A stretch of DNA of 64,000 nt from Ophelia neglecta (lineage: Eukaryota): positions 72,230,001 through 72,294,000 of the forward strand of contig OZ260665.1 in the NCBI GenBank assembly GCA_965285935.1, written 5' to 3'. Shown here piece after piece: positions 12,896 to 27,058 of this stretch. The stretch's first letter is position 1. Every line of letters begins with the position of its first letter. The translations under genes were made by a program, and so were the position numbers. The notes beneath the pieces are model-generated. The model ran no database searches. It saw only the letters and a list, made by a program, of their open reading frames with translations, and was not told the origin of the DNA.

Positions 12896-14244
12896 CTTCA
12901 ATCTGTGTGACCAGAGTCATATGCTACAAGCTGCGATAGGAACTACTTGTAGTGTGGACAATTAGTGTGTAGGTCTACTACTGACAGTACTAGTGACTTA
13001 GACAACTGTGTATCAACTTCCGAGATGGTCAGTCTACACTACTACTGCCACAAGTGTGATGGCTTTTAGGTTGCAGTGACGTAATAGGACTTTCCCCATG
13101 CAGTGGCGCCCCCTGTTGGGCTGTTCTAGAGCTTTCAGGACCGATAAAAATATCTGGTTATCTGGCCTGTGATTGGCCAAAAAAGCTAGACGAGCTGTAT
13201 AGCATGCTGGACTATGTGTTATTTATAAAATAGACTTAAGGTCTTATCATTTAGGAATAATTGATAGACGCATACTGGTATTGTTGGCGCAATGGTGGCC
13301 ATGGCAAAGACATGTCACACTTTTTGCGCTGGCCATTTTTGGAGGCCGGCAGCCATTTGGACGTAAAGAGGGGAAAAAATGATCATTTCTTCAAGCTCAC
13401 GTAGAAAAAAATTTGCCAACTAATGCTATCCTCATTTTTTGATATGTTGTTGCCTTAACTGGTGTCTTTCAGCGACACAAATCAGCTAAGCCCGAGCAAT
13501 ATCGTGAATAGGTGAAACACGACCAGCTAGGCACGCGATTTAACATGTAAGAGATAGGGATTTTAATTACGTCCCTGCAACCTATAGTTGCTGTTCTTGA
13601 CTACTACTACCACTAGTGTGTAGGGGCTTTTCTGCGATGGTTTATCTTGATATGTGTTTTGACTACATACACAGCAGGTTATATAAATTGCTATGTTTCC
13701 TATGGGACATGTTGCTTATTGCCCTAGTTTTCTTACTAAAGGAGCTGAATGTTCATTGTTGTGGAACTCTGATGCCTAAGTGCATTTATCAGTACAAGTT
13801 GAAGGAATACCTCAGTATCAATATCTGTATCCTGCTCCAACTTAGTGGCTACCTAAGCATGGAGACATTCACAGCAGGCACTCTTACAGGAGACTAGCCC
13901 AGGAGATTTCCCCTAGTGATGTTCCTAGCAGACTGTCCTGGGAAGCATTCTCAAGAGACATGCACTGAGAATGGATGTCCGAGACTTTAAATGTGACTGA
14001 CGCAGGGGGAAATTACAATGAGCAGACTGCGGGCACCTACATCCAGGACATTCACTTTGTTTATGTAGTGTTTGTGTTTAGGATATACATGTCTTATGAT
14101 GTCAGAATCTGCTGTAAAGACTGAAAAAGCAGAGTCTCATTTGATGGACACCTTTTGCAACTTCAAATCTATTAGGGATACTCAATTTATATGTACATAT
14201 AAATATATGATATATTATGTCACTGCCAAAATGAAGAAAGATGC

Positions 14245-14354
14245 TGTACATGCTGACCTTGTACATGCTGACCTTGTACATGCTGACCTTGTACATGCTG
14301 ACCTTGTACATGCTGACCTTGTACACTTGTACGTGCTGACCTTGTACGTGCTGA
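14245..14354. repeat. 15-bp tandem repeat (tgtacatgctgacct, about 7 copies)
   Basis: Directly visible. It accounts for the VHADL and MYKVS repeats in the ORF track. Confidence 0.95.
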
Positions 14355-17300
14355 TGTGTTGGCTGTTGTGGAGCTGGCTGAGCTGTTGTGTTAATGTGTT
14401 AAGTCTTATTAATTGTGGTGTAAATCCAATGCAGGCATTGATTTTATTTTTGTTGATGACAGTAGTGACATGCTTATTATTAGTCTCTCTCCTCGTTCAT
14501 AACCAATTTATTAGTGTTTGACTCACTGACATTTCACTATAAAAATTTATTGAAATATTGATCAAGTTTTTCAGTTCACTAGACTTTCACCAGAAAACAG
14601 TGGCCGGTCAGGTTTAACGACATTTGTTTGTGTAAATATATTCTTTGATTAAAGTTGTACTCTTCAAGCATGATGACCTAACTTTGATCAGCAGATGACC
14701 AAACCTGTCTCCATCATTAATTTGATAATCCTGTGCAACTTAAGTGGTGCTAGTTTAACTCTTACATACTATTTATGTGGACCTTAGGATGCATATATAT
14801 GGGCACTATGTATATTTTGTTCTCTTTTAATATAAGCTTTGTACTGTATTTGAGAAAAGCATTTATTTTCATAGATTTGAAAGGATTCAAACTTTTGCTA
14901 TACAGTAATATGGTATTCTTAACTTACATCCAATTTGGGAGTTATTTGAGCTGAGGGTCTGGTAATCATGTTCCCAATCTTCTTGCTGCTCTCTTTACGA
15001 GGTGTATATAACTATATGAAACCTGGCTATGACTGGCAGGTAGAAATAGTGACCATTGCCTCTCCCTGTTTACTCACAATAATTAATATTTATATCTTTA
15101 ATGTGAACTCGACTGGCATTCAGCAATGTCTTTTATGAACCAATGATGCAAAGTCTAGTTCATTATATGATAGTTTCAATTATAAAAGTGTTCAGATATT
15201 TTCATGATATCACTTGATATGATCTCAACATGACACCTCTTTTTGGTTATAATTTGGCACCATGTTTATCTGTTATTGTAGACATTGTCTATGTATAGAC
15301 ACAGTACATTGTAGACATCTAACATATTGTTTTTAGACCTACATCTTGGTCAGTTTGATGGACCATCCCTGGCTGGTGTTTGACACACTAACTAGGTTTA
15401 GTCTTCTCTAAGAATAGTCTAGGCTAGACATTAATAAACCACATAAGTGATGACTATACATAATAAACCTCATGTTGTGTTTTCATTCCCTGGGGAAAAA
15501 TGATAAAAGCCTTCTCAGCTCTGAAAAGGTGTTATGTAGCATGACGATGTCATAAGTACATAACTAGAAATACAAAAACCAGGGAAGTACACGCTTTATC
15601 CCTACATTCTCAGTGGTATCATATACAATCAAATACCTTGATTAATTTGGGAGATTTGTCAATGAATGTAATTTTGCGCTGCCATTTCATGGGTAGGAGC
15701 TCGACATGTGGTCCACTAGTGATAGCAAACTCTGTCTAGATTTGTTAAATCAACTTCTATAAGATAAAATAAAACTGGAACATGTTTGTGTACTAACTTT
15801 GATTGAATTTAATGGAAATCATTAAAAAATGGAAATCCCATGCAAACAAGAGCCGAGCCACATGAATGTAATTCTTCCAAAATGTGTATGAAAGGCGAGC
15901 CCATGTTTATAAAAACTGCCATTCATTTTGTTCGAAGCATTTAAAAGGCTTCTATGAATAACAGCCGCAGAACAAATAATAAAGTGAAAAGTCATTGTAA
16001 AACTTGGTTGGTATTCACAAGTTTTAAATACAGACAGGGCCCTTTTTAAAGGAATGTTTTTATAACTGACCTAGTTCACTACTCTTTTTAAGCTGAAAAT
16101 ATGTTTGGTAAAACATCACCAGCTCATGAGGTTAATTATATTCACCAACTGAATACCTTTCATATTACCAAGAGATACTGGAAAAAAAATACATCCAGTA
16201 GGTATTTGAAACATATTTTTCTCTACATGTGTATAATGGTGGTTGAATGGAAGTGTTCCTTTCATAAATGTGACTATTGATGGATTTGCCATGTACAGAT
16301 TTGAATTGATGTTAATTTTTCTATTTGATACTCCATAGTCTATTTATTAGCCCATCATTGTTGGAAGAGGGGCATGTGCACGTTTTTTATCAGCAGATCC
16401 TAGCAATGTTGCTGAAGCCTTTCCATAATTTATATTTTATAGAGTTCTGGAGGAAAGATGTAAAATTCTTCTACTGGGTTTGTTTGCCAGAGATATAATT
16501 AAAAAAATTTGCCTTCATGTCAAAAAAAAGTGAAATATTTTTCATTCAAGTGTGTGGATATAATGCATCTGTCTGCTTTTATTTACACCGCTTTTCCTCG
16601 GAAGTATTATCTAGGTCAGTGGCAGGCGGATCCTAGGGGATTATGGTTTTATAAGAGGAAAAATAATTTAACTTATTCCAATAGAACCTCCTATATTTTT
16701 ATGTTTCTTATTTAAGATATATACCCCTTTTACTTTGCTTTCCTTAGCACCGAGCTCTTGATGTTGCAGTGGACGGTAGTTAGGATTTCTGACACAGTTA
16801 ATTGAATATTGTTGACAAACGAGTTTGCTCTCTCTGTCGGATATCCACAATGTGTTATCCGGGTGAGACACTGTTGCCATTTCTTCTCTGGAAATTGTTA
16901 AGCCAATTTCCTAACCGGTCATCTCTTGCTCTTTAATTGACTTGCGGGGTTCTTTCTTTCTCTGGGGTTGTTTTCTTCTTCGGTCATCCTCTTTCCTGAG
17001 AGGGTTATCTCTTACTGGCTGTGTTGGCTCCCGGGTGTTGTCCCGGTATTCATTCCCGTTTTCCCTCTTATACGGATATAAGATATTAATTAATCTCGCC
17101 CAATGTCTTATACGTGTATTAGCATCTGATTTTCTCAATTACCTTCTCGTTTTAATATTGTTTCCCTGGCCCCAATCACTTGTTGTTTGTCCTCGTATCT
17201 CGTGGTCTCAGATCTACATGTACTTTCCTTTAGAGTAAACCCGGTCTGCGACCACACTTCCAGTTTTTGTCACCCATTACATGCATGTTTCGCGGTTCTT

Positions 17301-19579
17301 ATGAGAAGGCGATTCTTCGCGTTTTACATTTCGCCGTCGCGAAATCACCCAAGAAACTGGAAAATATTGGTCCGTTTTTCGAGTCGGCCTGTTGAACCAG
17401 GCTATTTCCCGCTGAAATTGCACAGTGTGGTCTCATATTAGTGGTCTGAATTGGCAGGTGGTCAGGATATATAGGTGATCTTTAAGGCAGGTTTCACTGT
17501 GTTACAAATTGAGTGCAGTTTCTAAGGCCCAACGATTACTTATTCAAACAGTAAGCTTATATTAATATCCGTCTTCAAGCAAAGTTTTCTGATTTTTGAT
17601 CACCTCCAACACATCGGTTGATAGCGGTGTGAATCCGCCCCCGAGGCTTGCCCTTGGTGGTTTATAGCTTGTACATCAACCATGTTTTCAGGCGCTGGTA
17701 GGATTGTAATACGTGTCTGAGTGCTGTTACTTTAACGGAAAACAAGGTTAAGTGCAGATTTGACCTACGAGGAATGACATCTATCAAAACATAAACAAGA
17801 AACTGGTTTATCCTGTATACGCAGTCATCTTTAGTATTTTAAGTCGTGGCTTTGACGTGGCTTAGTGGTGCTGGTTAAGAATCGGAGATACACTAATCAT
17901 TTTATATCTGCCATTGTGCCACTTTCAGGAATCTAGAGAAATTGGCCAACATGGCAAAAAGCTTCAATGTATGCTTCTCTGATATTACATGATTGTTGCT
18001 CGCTATTCCTGGATTGAGTATGCCCTGGGTTTGAGATTTTTCCTGTCCTAGCATGGGTCTGATGAAACTCCATATCATTATAGGCCTTCTGCTATGTTAT
18101 ATAACCTCCTGCTATGCTTTTGAAGAAAAAGGTTTTGATTAATCATTTATCCTGACCATAACCCAAGAAAGTACTGGATGACATTACCTTATACAGGCTG
18201 CCATGTACGAGGGAGAAATAGTATTGATTTATAGATACATGTATGGCCTTTTTGCTGTCTAGATGGTGTCTAGGCCCTATATATATGGCCGTTAGGGGGA
18301 CTGGCCTGCTTGTCCTGTATATTTATTAGTATTCTATACTTTGTTAGTTTTACTGCTCTCTGTACATAACGCACTCCCTGGCTCGTCGCCAATCAAAACT
18401 CATCCAATCGGCTGCGATACTGAAACATATATCTATGTCCATATTTTACAAGTCATCTAATTAACTACAGTAAAACAATCAGGTTCTCAGAAATAATGTG
18501 ATAGAACATAGTTTGGTGTACTGGGAGTATTAGATATTTGAAAGTCAACAAAGATTTAAAAAACCACACATTCCAATAAATCGCAAAGGGGATTGAAGGA
18601 TTTTTTGGGGGTTCGTGTTGTTATATATATTGCAAGGAAATAATCTTGATAACTTTCAGGAAATAATGAGCATTGCAAACGTTCTTCGACCTTGCTTAGG
18701 CCCTGGCTCATTTCTGTTTAACCACTTTGGAGCTAACAATGAGGGTACTGATTGCTATGATTAGCGGGAAGTTATCTACCCTGGTCTCAATGCAAATCCC
18801 CTCCCCCCCCCCCCCCCCCGAGTTAGTGAGGAACTTAACCAGACAGGTCTCGCGTGTAATACCAACAGTTGTCGGTTAATCGTGTTATCCACAAAACTAT
18901 AGGCTCTGTTGCCATGGCAACTAAATATATCAAGATTTTTCATAGTCACCCCACCAAACTGTTTATTCTTGCAGAGTTTTGGCCATGCCCAATATACCCA
19001 TGGAATAACTCTCAAGGGTAAGATAACAACTAGTTTCACTTCAGCACTTATATGATGTCCAAATGCAACCAAACTAGCGTCACAAACTGAACCATAAAGC
19101 CCCAGCTAGTTGTGAATGCTATGCAAACTGATGGCTAAACAGCCAAGAGTAAATGGCTGATTCAACTTCCACTTCTTAAAACTTAATTAGAGGTTATAAT
19201 GTAGTTACCTATAGATTCAAGAGTAGTGCTAAATTTCAGCTGATAAAACAAAGGCATAAGTCATGATTTTTTCTATTAGTCCTTGAAATGGATCCCAAGG
19301 TCAAATTTAGATATACTATGCTATACGCTATATATGCTATATATTCTATATATGCTATATATGCTATATAGGCTTTTATTCGGGATCCAAGTGATCCAGC
19401 CAATACTGCTTTGTCATATTCCTTACTCATACAACTTCTACATAGAACTTACTTATACTACTTACATATACTACTTCATATATTACTTTATATATAGTAA
19501 ATGCTAGCTATACTATTTCATACATGTATTCTATTTGGGGCTGCCTTTCCACGAATATGTTTTCCTAGTTATGTTAAAC

Positions 19580-20045
19580 ATATTTGAAAATTCAGATTAT
19601 ATGATTTGACCTTTAGGCAGAGGTCAATGTCAAGTTTGTAGTCATCAAATTTTGCTCTATATAACTTCCTATTAGTGTTCAATGCATTTGTCATGTCTAT
19701 CTTGCACCATTAAGCCATACAGGGGCTTGAATCAGATAATATGATTTAACCTTATAGCAGAAGTCAAGGTCAAATTTTTGAGATCAAAAAGTTTCCCTGT
19801 ATGACTTCTTATAAGTGTTCAATACATTTATCATGCCTATCTTGCACCAATAAGCCATACAGAGGTTTTGAAAATTCAGACTATATGATTTGACCTCCAA
19901 GCTTAGGTCGAGGCCAAGTTGATTGCAATGAAAAGATTCCCTGTATATGACTTCCTATAAGTGATCAATACATATTATGATTATCTTGCACCATAAAGTC
20001 ATACAGATGCTTTGAAAATTCAGATAACATGATCTGACCTTCAAG
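19580..20045. repeat. degenerate ~120-150-bp tandem core repeats (tgacct/aggtca-rich), probably a HINE/MITE remnant
   Basis: Blocks 'atgatttgacct...ggtca', 'acttcctat(a/t)agtg(t/a)tcaat(a/g)catt' and 'tatcttgcacca..aag(c/t)cataca' each recur 3-4 times. Confidence 0.6.
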
Positions 20046-21829
20046 CACAAGAATTACAATACAAACTCGGTCCACTGTTATTAAAAGTAAATTCGGAAAT
20101 ATTAGTTATTATTTAATAAGAATTGCCGTTGATCATTAATAGGCTAATAATTGAGGTACTTTCTAAACGCGTCTAGTCATCGGTCATGGCGCAGTGCACC
20201 GCCCCCCGGTGACTACAGGAGCCGTCCTGGCAGTCTACTAAATGCCTTCTTTCGCCGCACTTGTGCGCGCTCAACCGGTTATCAGGTGTTTTAAAATTTA
20301 CAGCAACGTGGAACTAGCGATGTGGCCAATTCCTAATTCTTCGAAACAGATATAAAGCCAGAGATGTGACAGAAAGCCAATCTCAGTCGTACTACAGTTA
20401 GTGTTGTGTGCAATTTTAGAAGTGCTGGTCTTAAATTCTCGCCGTCCTTACAATACCACAGGATTCGTCCAGACTTCAGGTAAGTTGTTTCATTAATATG
20501 GTCCAAGAAGAATTTAGCATACTTTAGGTAGGTTGTTTAATTGACGTGTTTAAGGTACACAAAGCATACCCGCAGACCTATGTATCACCCGGCCGAGCAG
20601 ACCATGTACGGTCTGTTTGTAAACTAAGTCCGACACTTACCTGGGCAGTGCTAACGATCTGTATTAAACACACTGACCTCACACCGTGCATTCGGAAAGG
20701 GAGCAGTTATAAGGATGACTAACCTATAGCTATAGACCGTACGTGTATAGATGTCATACGAAACTGTAGAAGAGTGGTTTCTATGGCTTGTATTCCCAAA
20801 CATACAATGTTTTATGGATGAAAACAAATTTAATAAATCTACCTGCATCCAAATATGATAAATGCCATGCATGGTTCAATATGATTTTTGCCGATATGAT
20901 CAGTCTTAGGGAGTTATTTATCACATCTGACATTTAAAATATAAAGTGTCTTGTGGATCCTGAAAGTTTGAATTTCCAGGACATGTCGGACACATTATTT
21001 CTCCGACACAAATCAATTCCAATGTCAAGTTGCCAAAGTTGGCTATATGACTTAGTAACAAATAAATAAGGCAGGTGACACACCGAAACTTGTGTCGCGT
21101 TCTCACCATTCAATGATTGGTTTTATTGAAAGGTTTACAACATAAATTGTATATTGAACCGCTTTGGCTGATTTTTGCTTTCGTTGCGCAATGAGCTTTT
21201 CAGTTTGTGCGCTCTCCATATTTCTTGTATAGGCGATGTATATGTAATTAAGCACGTTAACTAAGTAATCTGTTCAGCCTACAGAGGAGGTTTAGACGTT
21301 TAAGATAAACTGGAAACGTTGAACAATGATAAAGCATAGTTATCCACATGGAGATATCAAACCCACACTTATCTGAACTGCTAAAACATCTTAACATGGT
21401 GAACCTGCTGCCTTCAGGCCTACATAAAACGCACTAAAGAAGCCAGGTATCAAGAAAAAATACCCATGATAAAACCGCCTTTAATGTAAGTTATGTCATA
21501 AAAAAAGCTTGACACCTGTACGGCTCGGTAAGTCTATATGGCTAATTTATAAATGTCATGCATCCGAAAATATACGTACTTGTCTACTAGAAACGTCACT
21601 GTCATAATTATCATTATCATAATGCCGAAACTTTAGTAGCTAGTGGCTTGCAGACTAAATCAGTGATTAGTATACCAGGTATAGGAAAGTATAAAAGAAC
21701 GGAATTGTTGGCACGACACATTAAGATGTTTACTCAGTCGTGGCTTCCATAGACGAGAGCAAAATGGTGAACCAAATTTCATTTTATCTTATTGTGCTTT
21801 GCTCATGCATTAGACAAGATCTTGCTAGA

Positions 21830-22789
21830 TAAATGTCGTGACATTTTCTCCACTTCCAGTTACCAGTATGGTTTAAGAAATGTCACTCTACTAGCCATTG
21901 TTCTTTTGTGGTAAATGAAATCATTCAATATTATAATAATAATAACTCGAACGTGTAAGTAACACTCTTAGATGCGTCTAAAGCGTTTGATGGTGTTGAA
22001 TATGTTCAATTGTTTAATGTCCTGATGTCAAAAATTATTTGCCCAGTAATTGCCCGGTTCTTGATCCATTTATATACCAGTCAGTCAATAAGAGTAAAAT
22101 GGGGCAGTACCTATGGTGAAAGATTTTCAGTTTCCAACGGTGTTAAACAGGGAGGTGTTATGTCACCAACATTGTTCACTGTTTATCTCGACACACTAAT
22201 GTACAGACTTGAGCATTCCGCCAATGGCTGTTATATTGGTAAAAGTTTCTGTGGTGCATTTGGATATGCCGATGACTTAACTCTTTTATGTCCGACTGTT
22301 GCAAGCCTAAAACATTGGCTCGCTATTTGTTCAGATTATGCGGCTGAGTTCAATGTAGAATTCAATCCTTCGAAAAGTAAACTGATTGTCTGCAGCCTAT
22401 TAAATACCAAAGTTATTCCACCTGATATACCGTTCATAGGAGGTGTAATCGAGTGTGTCCCTTGCGACAAGCACCTAGGTAATTATACTGGTAATATATC
22501 TCAGGAAGACATCATATCTCACATCACTAATGATTTTTTAGCCAGAGTGAATATGATCAAAACCCACTTCAGGTGGCTACCAAAAGATGTGATTTATTCA
22601 TTGTTTAAGTCCTTTTGTATGCCTCTGTATGGGAGCCAGCTCTGGGACATTAGTTCATCGTCTAGTGAAAAGTTTTATGTCTCTTGGAGGAAGTCTGTCC
22701 GTTATATTCTCAGCATTCCACGCACCTCGAATTGTTCTTTACTCCATTTAATATGTAATGATGTAGCAATGCAATACCGTCCCAAATGG
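21830..22789 (+). mobile_element. non-LTR retrotransposon RT fragment (RTE-X-like; clade tentative)
   Basis: LLDASKAFD upstream of the ORF, then GVKQGGVMSPTLF and YADD. Stop and frameshift before 22010. Runs into the assembly gap. Confidence 0.85.
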
Positions 22790-22925
22790 NNNNNNNNNNN
22801 NNNNNNNNNNNNNNNNNNNNNNNNNNNNNNNNNNNNNNNNNNNNNNNNNNNNNNNNNNNNNNNNNNNNNNNNNNNNNNNNNNNNNNNNNNNNNNNNNNNN
22901 NNNNNNNNNNNNNNNNNNNNNNNNN
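22790..22925. other. assembly gap (N run)
   Basis: 136 Ns. Confidence 1.
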
Positions 22926-23904
22926 CTCATCGACATTTGGCCAGTGACTGCAGTTGCTTTCGGGAAATCATTCTTTCAACATAGCATTAGGCTTCTCATG
23001 ATATCTTTTTCTTAAAATAAAACACTCATAAGTTGTCAAAAATCCTTGCTAAAAACGTGGAGAACTTACAATGCATACGTCATTCTATATGTAATATAGG
23101 CTAACTGTTGAACAAGGAGACTGTTTCCTGGCGATCTCAAGTAAAATGTGTGATGGAATAGGCTGTAACAACACGAAATACCAGTTTTCAAAACACCTCA
23201 ATGTTTGACTTGTTTGACTTGGCTTTCCACGCAAGAATAGTTTAGATTATTAGACAACAATAAGAAAACTACAAAATGGTATGCGACGTATCTATCATAC
23301 GTGCGTCTGTGTTTTCAAGCATTTGATGTCTTAACAAAAATGGTAATTAAATTTAGTTCAACTCGAAACCGTACACACTCTATCATCACTGCACCGAATA
23401 TTACAGTAACATCAAAATTAAAAATTACGAGTTGGAATTAGAAAAAGTTATCAGGCAGGTGAACTTAAACGTATACTCTCTTACCCAGGAAGGTATGAAT
23501 AGGCCTGCCGTCCAATAGAGAACAACGAAATCGAACTGCACTCGCAACATAAAAAATTCAATGGATGAATATTGCACGTGGGTTTTGACCACACACTATA
23601 TTTTGAGAACCCTGCAACACACATACACTGTGTCTACAGTTATGACTGGTACCTAATGACTCCGGACTGGTAGCTACATACATACGCACAGTGAGAATAC
23701 AGGGTTCATGCAAACACGAACAGAAGGATGGGTTTTGAATTGTCACGAGGATCTAGCCCATGATCATGTATACAGTTTCATCAGGTACTACTTTATCTGT
23801 TACTATGTATTCATCGACGTTTACATTTATATGCGACACGGTTGGAAACAAGGATGAAAATTATGCCGTTTTTAAGAGCTGTTCCACTTAAAGATAGCAT
23901 GATG

Positions 23905-24360
23905 TTATTGTTAAGAAGGGCAATTCAATGGATCCAAAAAACTACCGGGGTATATCGCTCTTAAGTTGTATGTCAAAGCTGTTTACAAAGGTGTTGAATC
24001 GTCGACTTTCAGACTGGGCTGAGAAATACCGAATCTATATAGAAGGTCAAGCTGGTTTCCGTAAAAAACATAGTACTATTGATAATGTATTTGTCTTTGT
24101 CGTCCTTCTAAATCTAGCAAAGAGTAATAATGTTAAAATATACACTGCCTTTATAGATTTCCAGAAAGCTTTCGACCTCATCAACAGAGGCAATTTATGG
24201 TACAAACTCTTAAAAATGGGTATTAACTGTAAAATGTTTCGGACAATCAAAAATATGTATGAAGGTATTAAAACCCAGGTTAAGGGTACTGGAGGTAGGC
24301 TGACTGATACATTTGACTGCGTATTAGGTGTCAGGCAAAGTGAAAGCCTATCCCCGGTGC
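23905..24360 (+). mobile_element. LINE RT fragment
   Basis: KKG..DPKNYRGISLLS, QAGFRK, FIDFQKAFD and GVRQSESLSP. Truncated before YADD. Confidence 0.85.
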
Positions 24361-25179
24361 AACTTTATGAACCTTCAAATTTATGTTACCATGTACCAGC
24401 AGAAAAGCTGTCAAAAGTTGCTTGAGGCTCTTTCAAAGCTCGCTGAGGCCATCCGTGAATGGTTTACCTATATCACCTGTTGTGAGTGGCGTGCCCTGTA
24501 GGAAAATCAACCGGTATTCAGCTGATAGAATTTGCCTGCGAAAATCAAGGTCTATATCCATCTTCTCTCATTTGGCAGTCAATTGAAGCTTACCTTACAG
24601 ACGACCTCTATGTTAAGATAACCTCGCAGTTCTGAACACAAATATGAAGACCATAATACACACTTTCAATTTGAAATTGCATGTGTAAACAGACCGCCAT
24701 TATTTTCCAGTCTTTATAGGAAGCGGCTCATGGTTGTTTTAAAACATATTTTACTTTTAGTAAACTCTAGCTTTGCAAGTTGCCATAATATTGAATCACT
24801 AAAGATTGCTAACTGCCACAGATAGCACAGTCCTGTGTATATTTATGTACATTGTATGTACATATAGGCCTAGGCCTATGAAACAGTTTTTAAACCGGCT
24901 GGTAACATCAATATGTAATTTTATGGCCATGGTTAAGTAAATTAAGACTTTCTGTTTTTATCCATGGCGTGGCTTTGTTGCCTATTAATTACAAACTTGC
25001 AAACCTAGCCATTTCTAAAAATGAATACTTAAGGCTATTGGGAATGAATGGGATATACAACCTAAGTGTAAGAGCTCTTCAGTGGTGGATCACGATTTGC
25101 CGGAGTGTGCTAAGCCGGTAATATTTGGAAATCCCCCCTCTCCCCTCTCCACCTCTATTCACAATGCCACTCCTTTTAA

Positions 25180-27058
25180 GGTGGCAGGAACCCTTTTCAA
25201 AGATTGAAAATTTTTCCCTGGGTCAAATTGAGAAAATTACAGATTTTGATAGAGCAAGTTATATAGAATCTATTGGTATAACTAACTTTCTGTTTATATA
25301 GATATTTACCCTTTTTTTTGCCAAAAACATTCAAGCTGTGGATGACAGCTGTATGTTTACAAACAGAGCAGAAGGTCACATGACCAACTGACCATGCATA
25401 CTAATTAGATAATAGCAATTAGCCCCTCCCCTTTGAGACTGTCCAGCTGAATGCAGTGGGTGTGATATCTTTGATGACAATCCATGTCTGGCTGTATGGT
25501 CTTCCACAAGCTGCAGGCTCCCTTGGCAGCACGTAGAACAAACTGCAGCTGCAGTTATCCCTGACTGGAGGATCTCAGAATCCCACAGTCTGTAGCCCTC
25601 AGGTGCAGAGATGTCTTCTATGAGTCCGCTATGCTTACACTTATTTGTCCAATCAGAGGTATAGCAATGTGCTTTCCATCCCATATGCATCGCTCCGAAA
25701 ATATCGATGTTTGTTTAGGCAGCCATTATACACACGCCGTAGTACGACAACACCAGCCCATTTACGTTGTCATAAAAACAAACGCTCCTGGTTGCTTGCT
25801 GGAAACATTATAAAATCAATTAGAAATTGCTATCACCGTCAAATGTGTCCATGTTATAGCACATGAGTAATTGGGAGGATTTCATTAGGCGCTATTTTTT
25901 ACGACATTACTAGCTGAGTAGTGTTCACATACACCTCATCTTCCAACAACCCACATCCATACACAGGACGTTTGGCTTTCACCGACTCCCGGCGGAGGGG
26001 GTCCCACTCTTCACGAGGTCTCTTCCCTCTCCCCATGACGTGCAGCGGTAAAACTTCAGCAGAATATTGTAATCGAAATAAATTTCTATCCGTGAGTGGC
26101 AATAATCCGAGGTATATAATTGTCAAATGTGATGGGAAACGATCTGTCAACATATTTATAGGGAACAACAAGCACTCGCAGACTGCTAATCAGTGATGCT
26201 CGACGGGCTGGCTGACTAGGGCCAATCGCGACGCTTGACCTGGTAGTCTCCGCCCACGTGTGACGTCACCAGGCCAAGAGTCGGATACCGCATGGCTGCC
26301 TACGGATGTCGTTGCAAAAAAAACTTCAAAACTCCCTTAAAAACTTCAAAAAAGGATGACTTCCAATCCAATAAAATTGATGACATCTTGGTATCAGTTC
26401 GCAACAATTGCATTCTTCCTATCCCCGAAGTTTAATGCAATTACCGTTGGTGTACGAGTTGCTACGTGCGATATACTCACTAATTGACCCTTTGAAGTCG
26501 ATTTCTCACGAACTATAATTTCGACTAATTAGTGAAGCCACACTATTTTTTAACAGCGATTACTCCATAACGAAAAGAGATAATTGAAATCTGTAAACGG
26601 CATTCAAACAACAAAGGCCTAATCTAGTATCGGGATTTTCAGATTTTTAATATTCGGTTTCTAACGATTTTAACAGTTGGCCAAAGTTGAGTAAGTGATA
26701 AAATCTATCTCTAAAACATAATCATGAATAAAAACATCTAATACTCGGAATTTATGATGAAAATGTAAAAACTAAAACATCCCGATACTAGATTTGACTC
26801 TTGTGAACACGACTATATAGTTGTCATTGTTGTACCATAAATATATACTTTGTGAGATCTTTTGAAAATTTTAGTAAATTTTTAATGAAAAATTGCTCAC
26901 AAAGTTCACATTTTGATTTTTTTTCACATTTCTGGATATGGAATTTGTTCACGGTAATGTATGGAACATGTTAAATGCAGGAAACATGTAATATTAATTG
27001 TCACCTTTGCAAAAATCCAATTTATGTAAGAAATTACTAACAGGGGGTTCCTGCCACC
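25180..27058 (-). mobile_element. Kolobok-type non-autonomous DNA transposon, copy 2, retaining a transposase N-terminal fragment
   Basis: TTAA at 25176-25179 and 27059-27062. Same TIRs as copy 1. Minus strand 25466-25620 encodes EGYRLWDSEILQSGITAAAVCSTCCQGSLQLVEDHTARHGLSSK, resembling the Cys-rich N-terminus of Kolobok ('Mutator-like' domain) transposases. Confidence 0.85.

Noticed and set aside
14072-14521. ORFs with VHADL/MYKVS repeats
   Set aside because: Produced by a stop-free 15-bp tandem repeat in probable 3' UTR or intergenic DNA.
16668-17441. Cluster of short ORFs that might be a retroelement remnant
   Set aside because: No recognisable motif or splice pattern.
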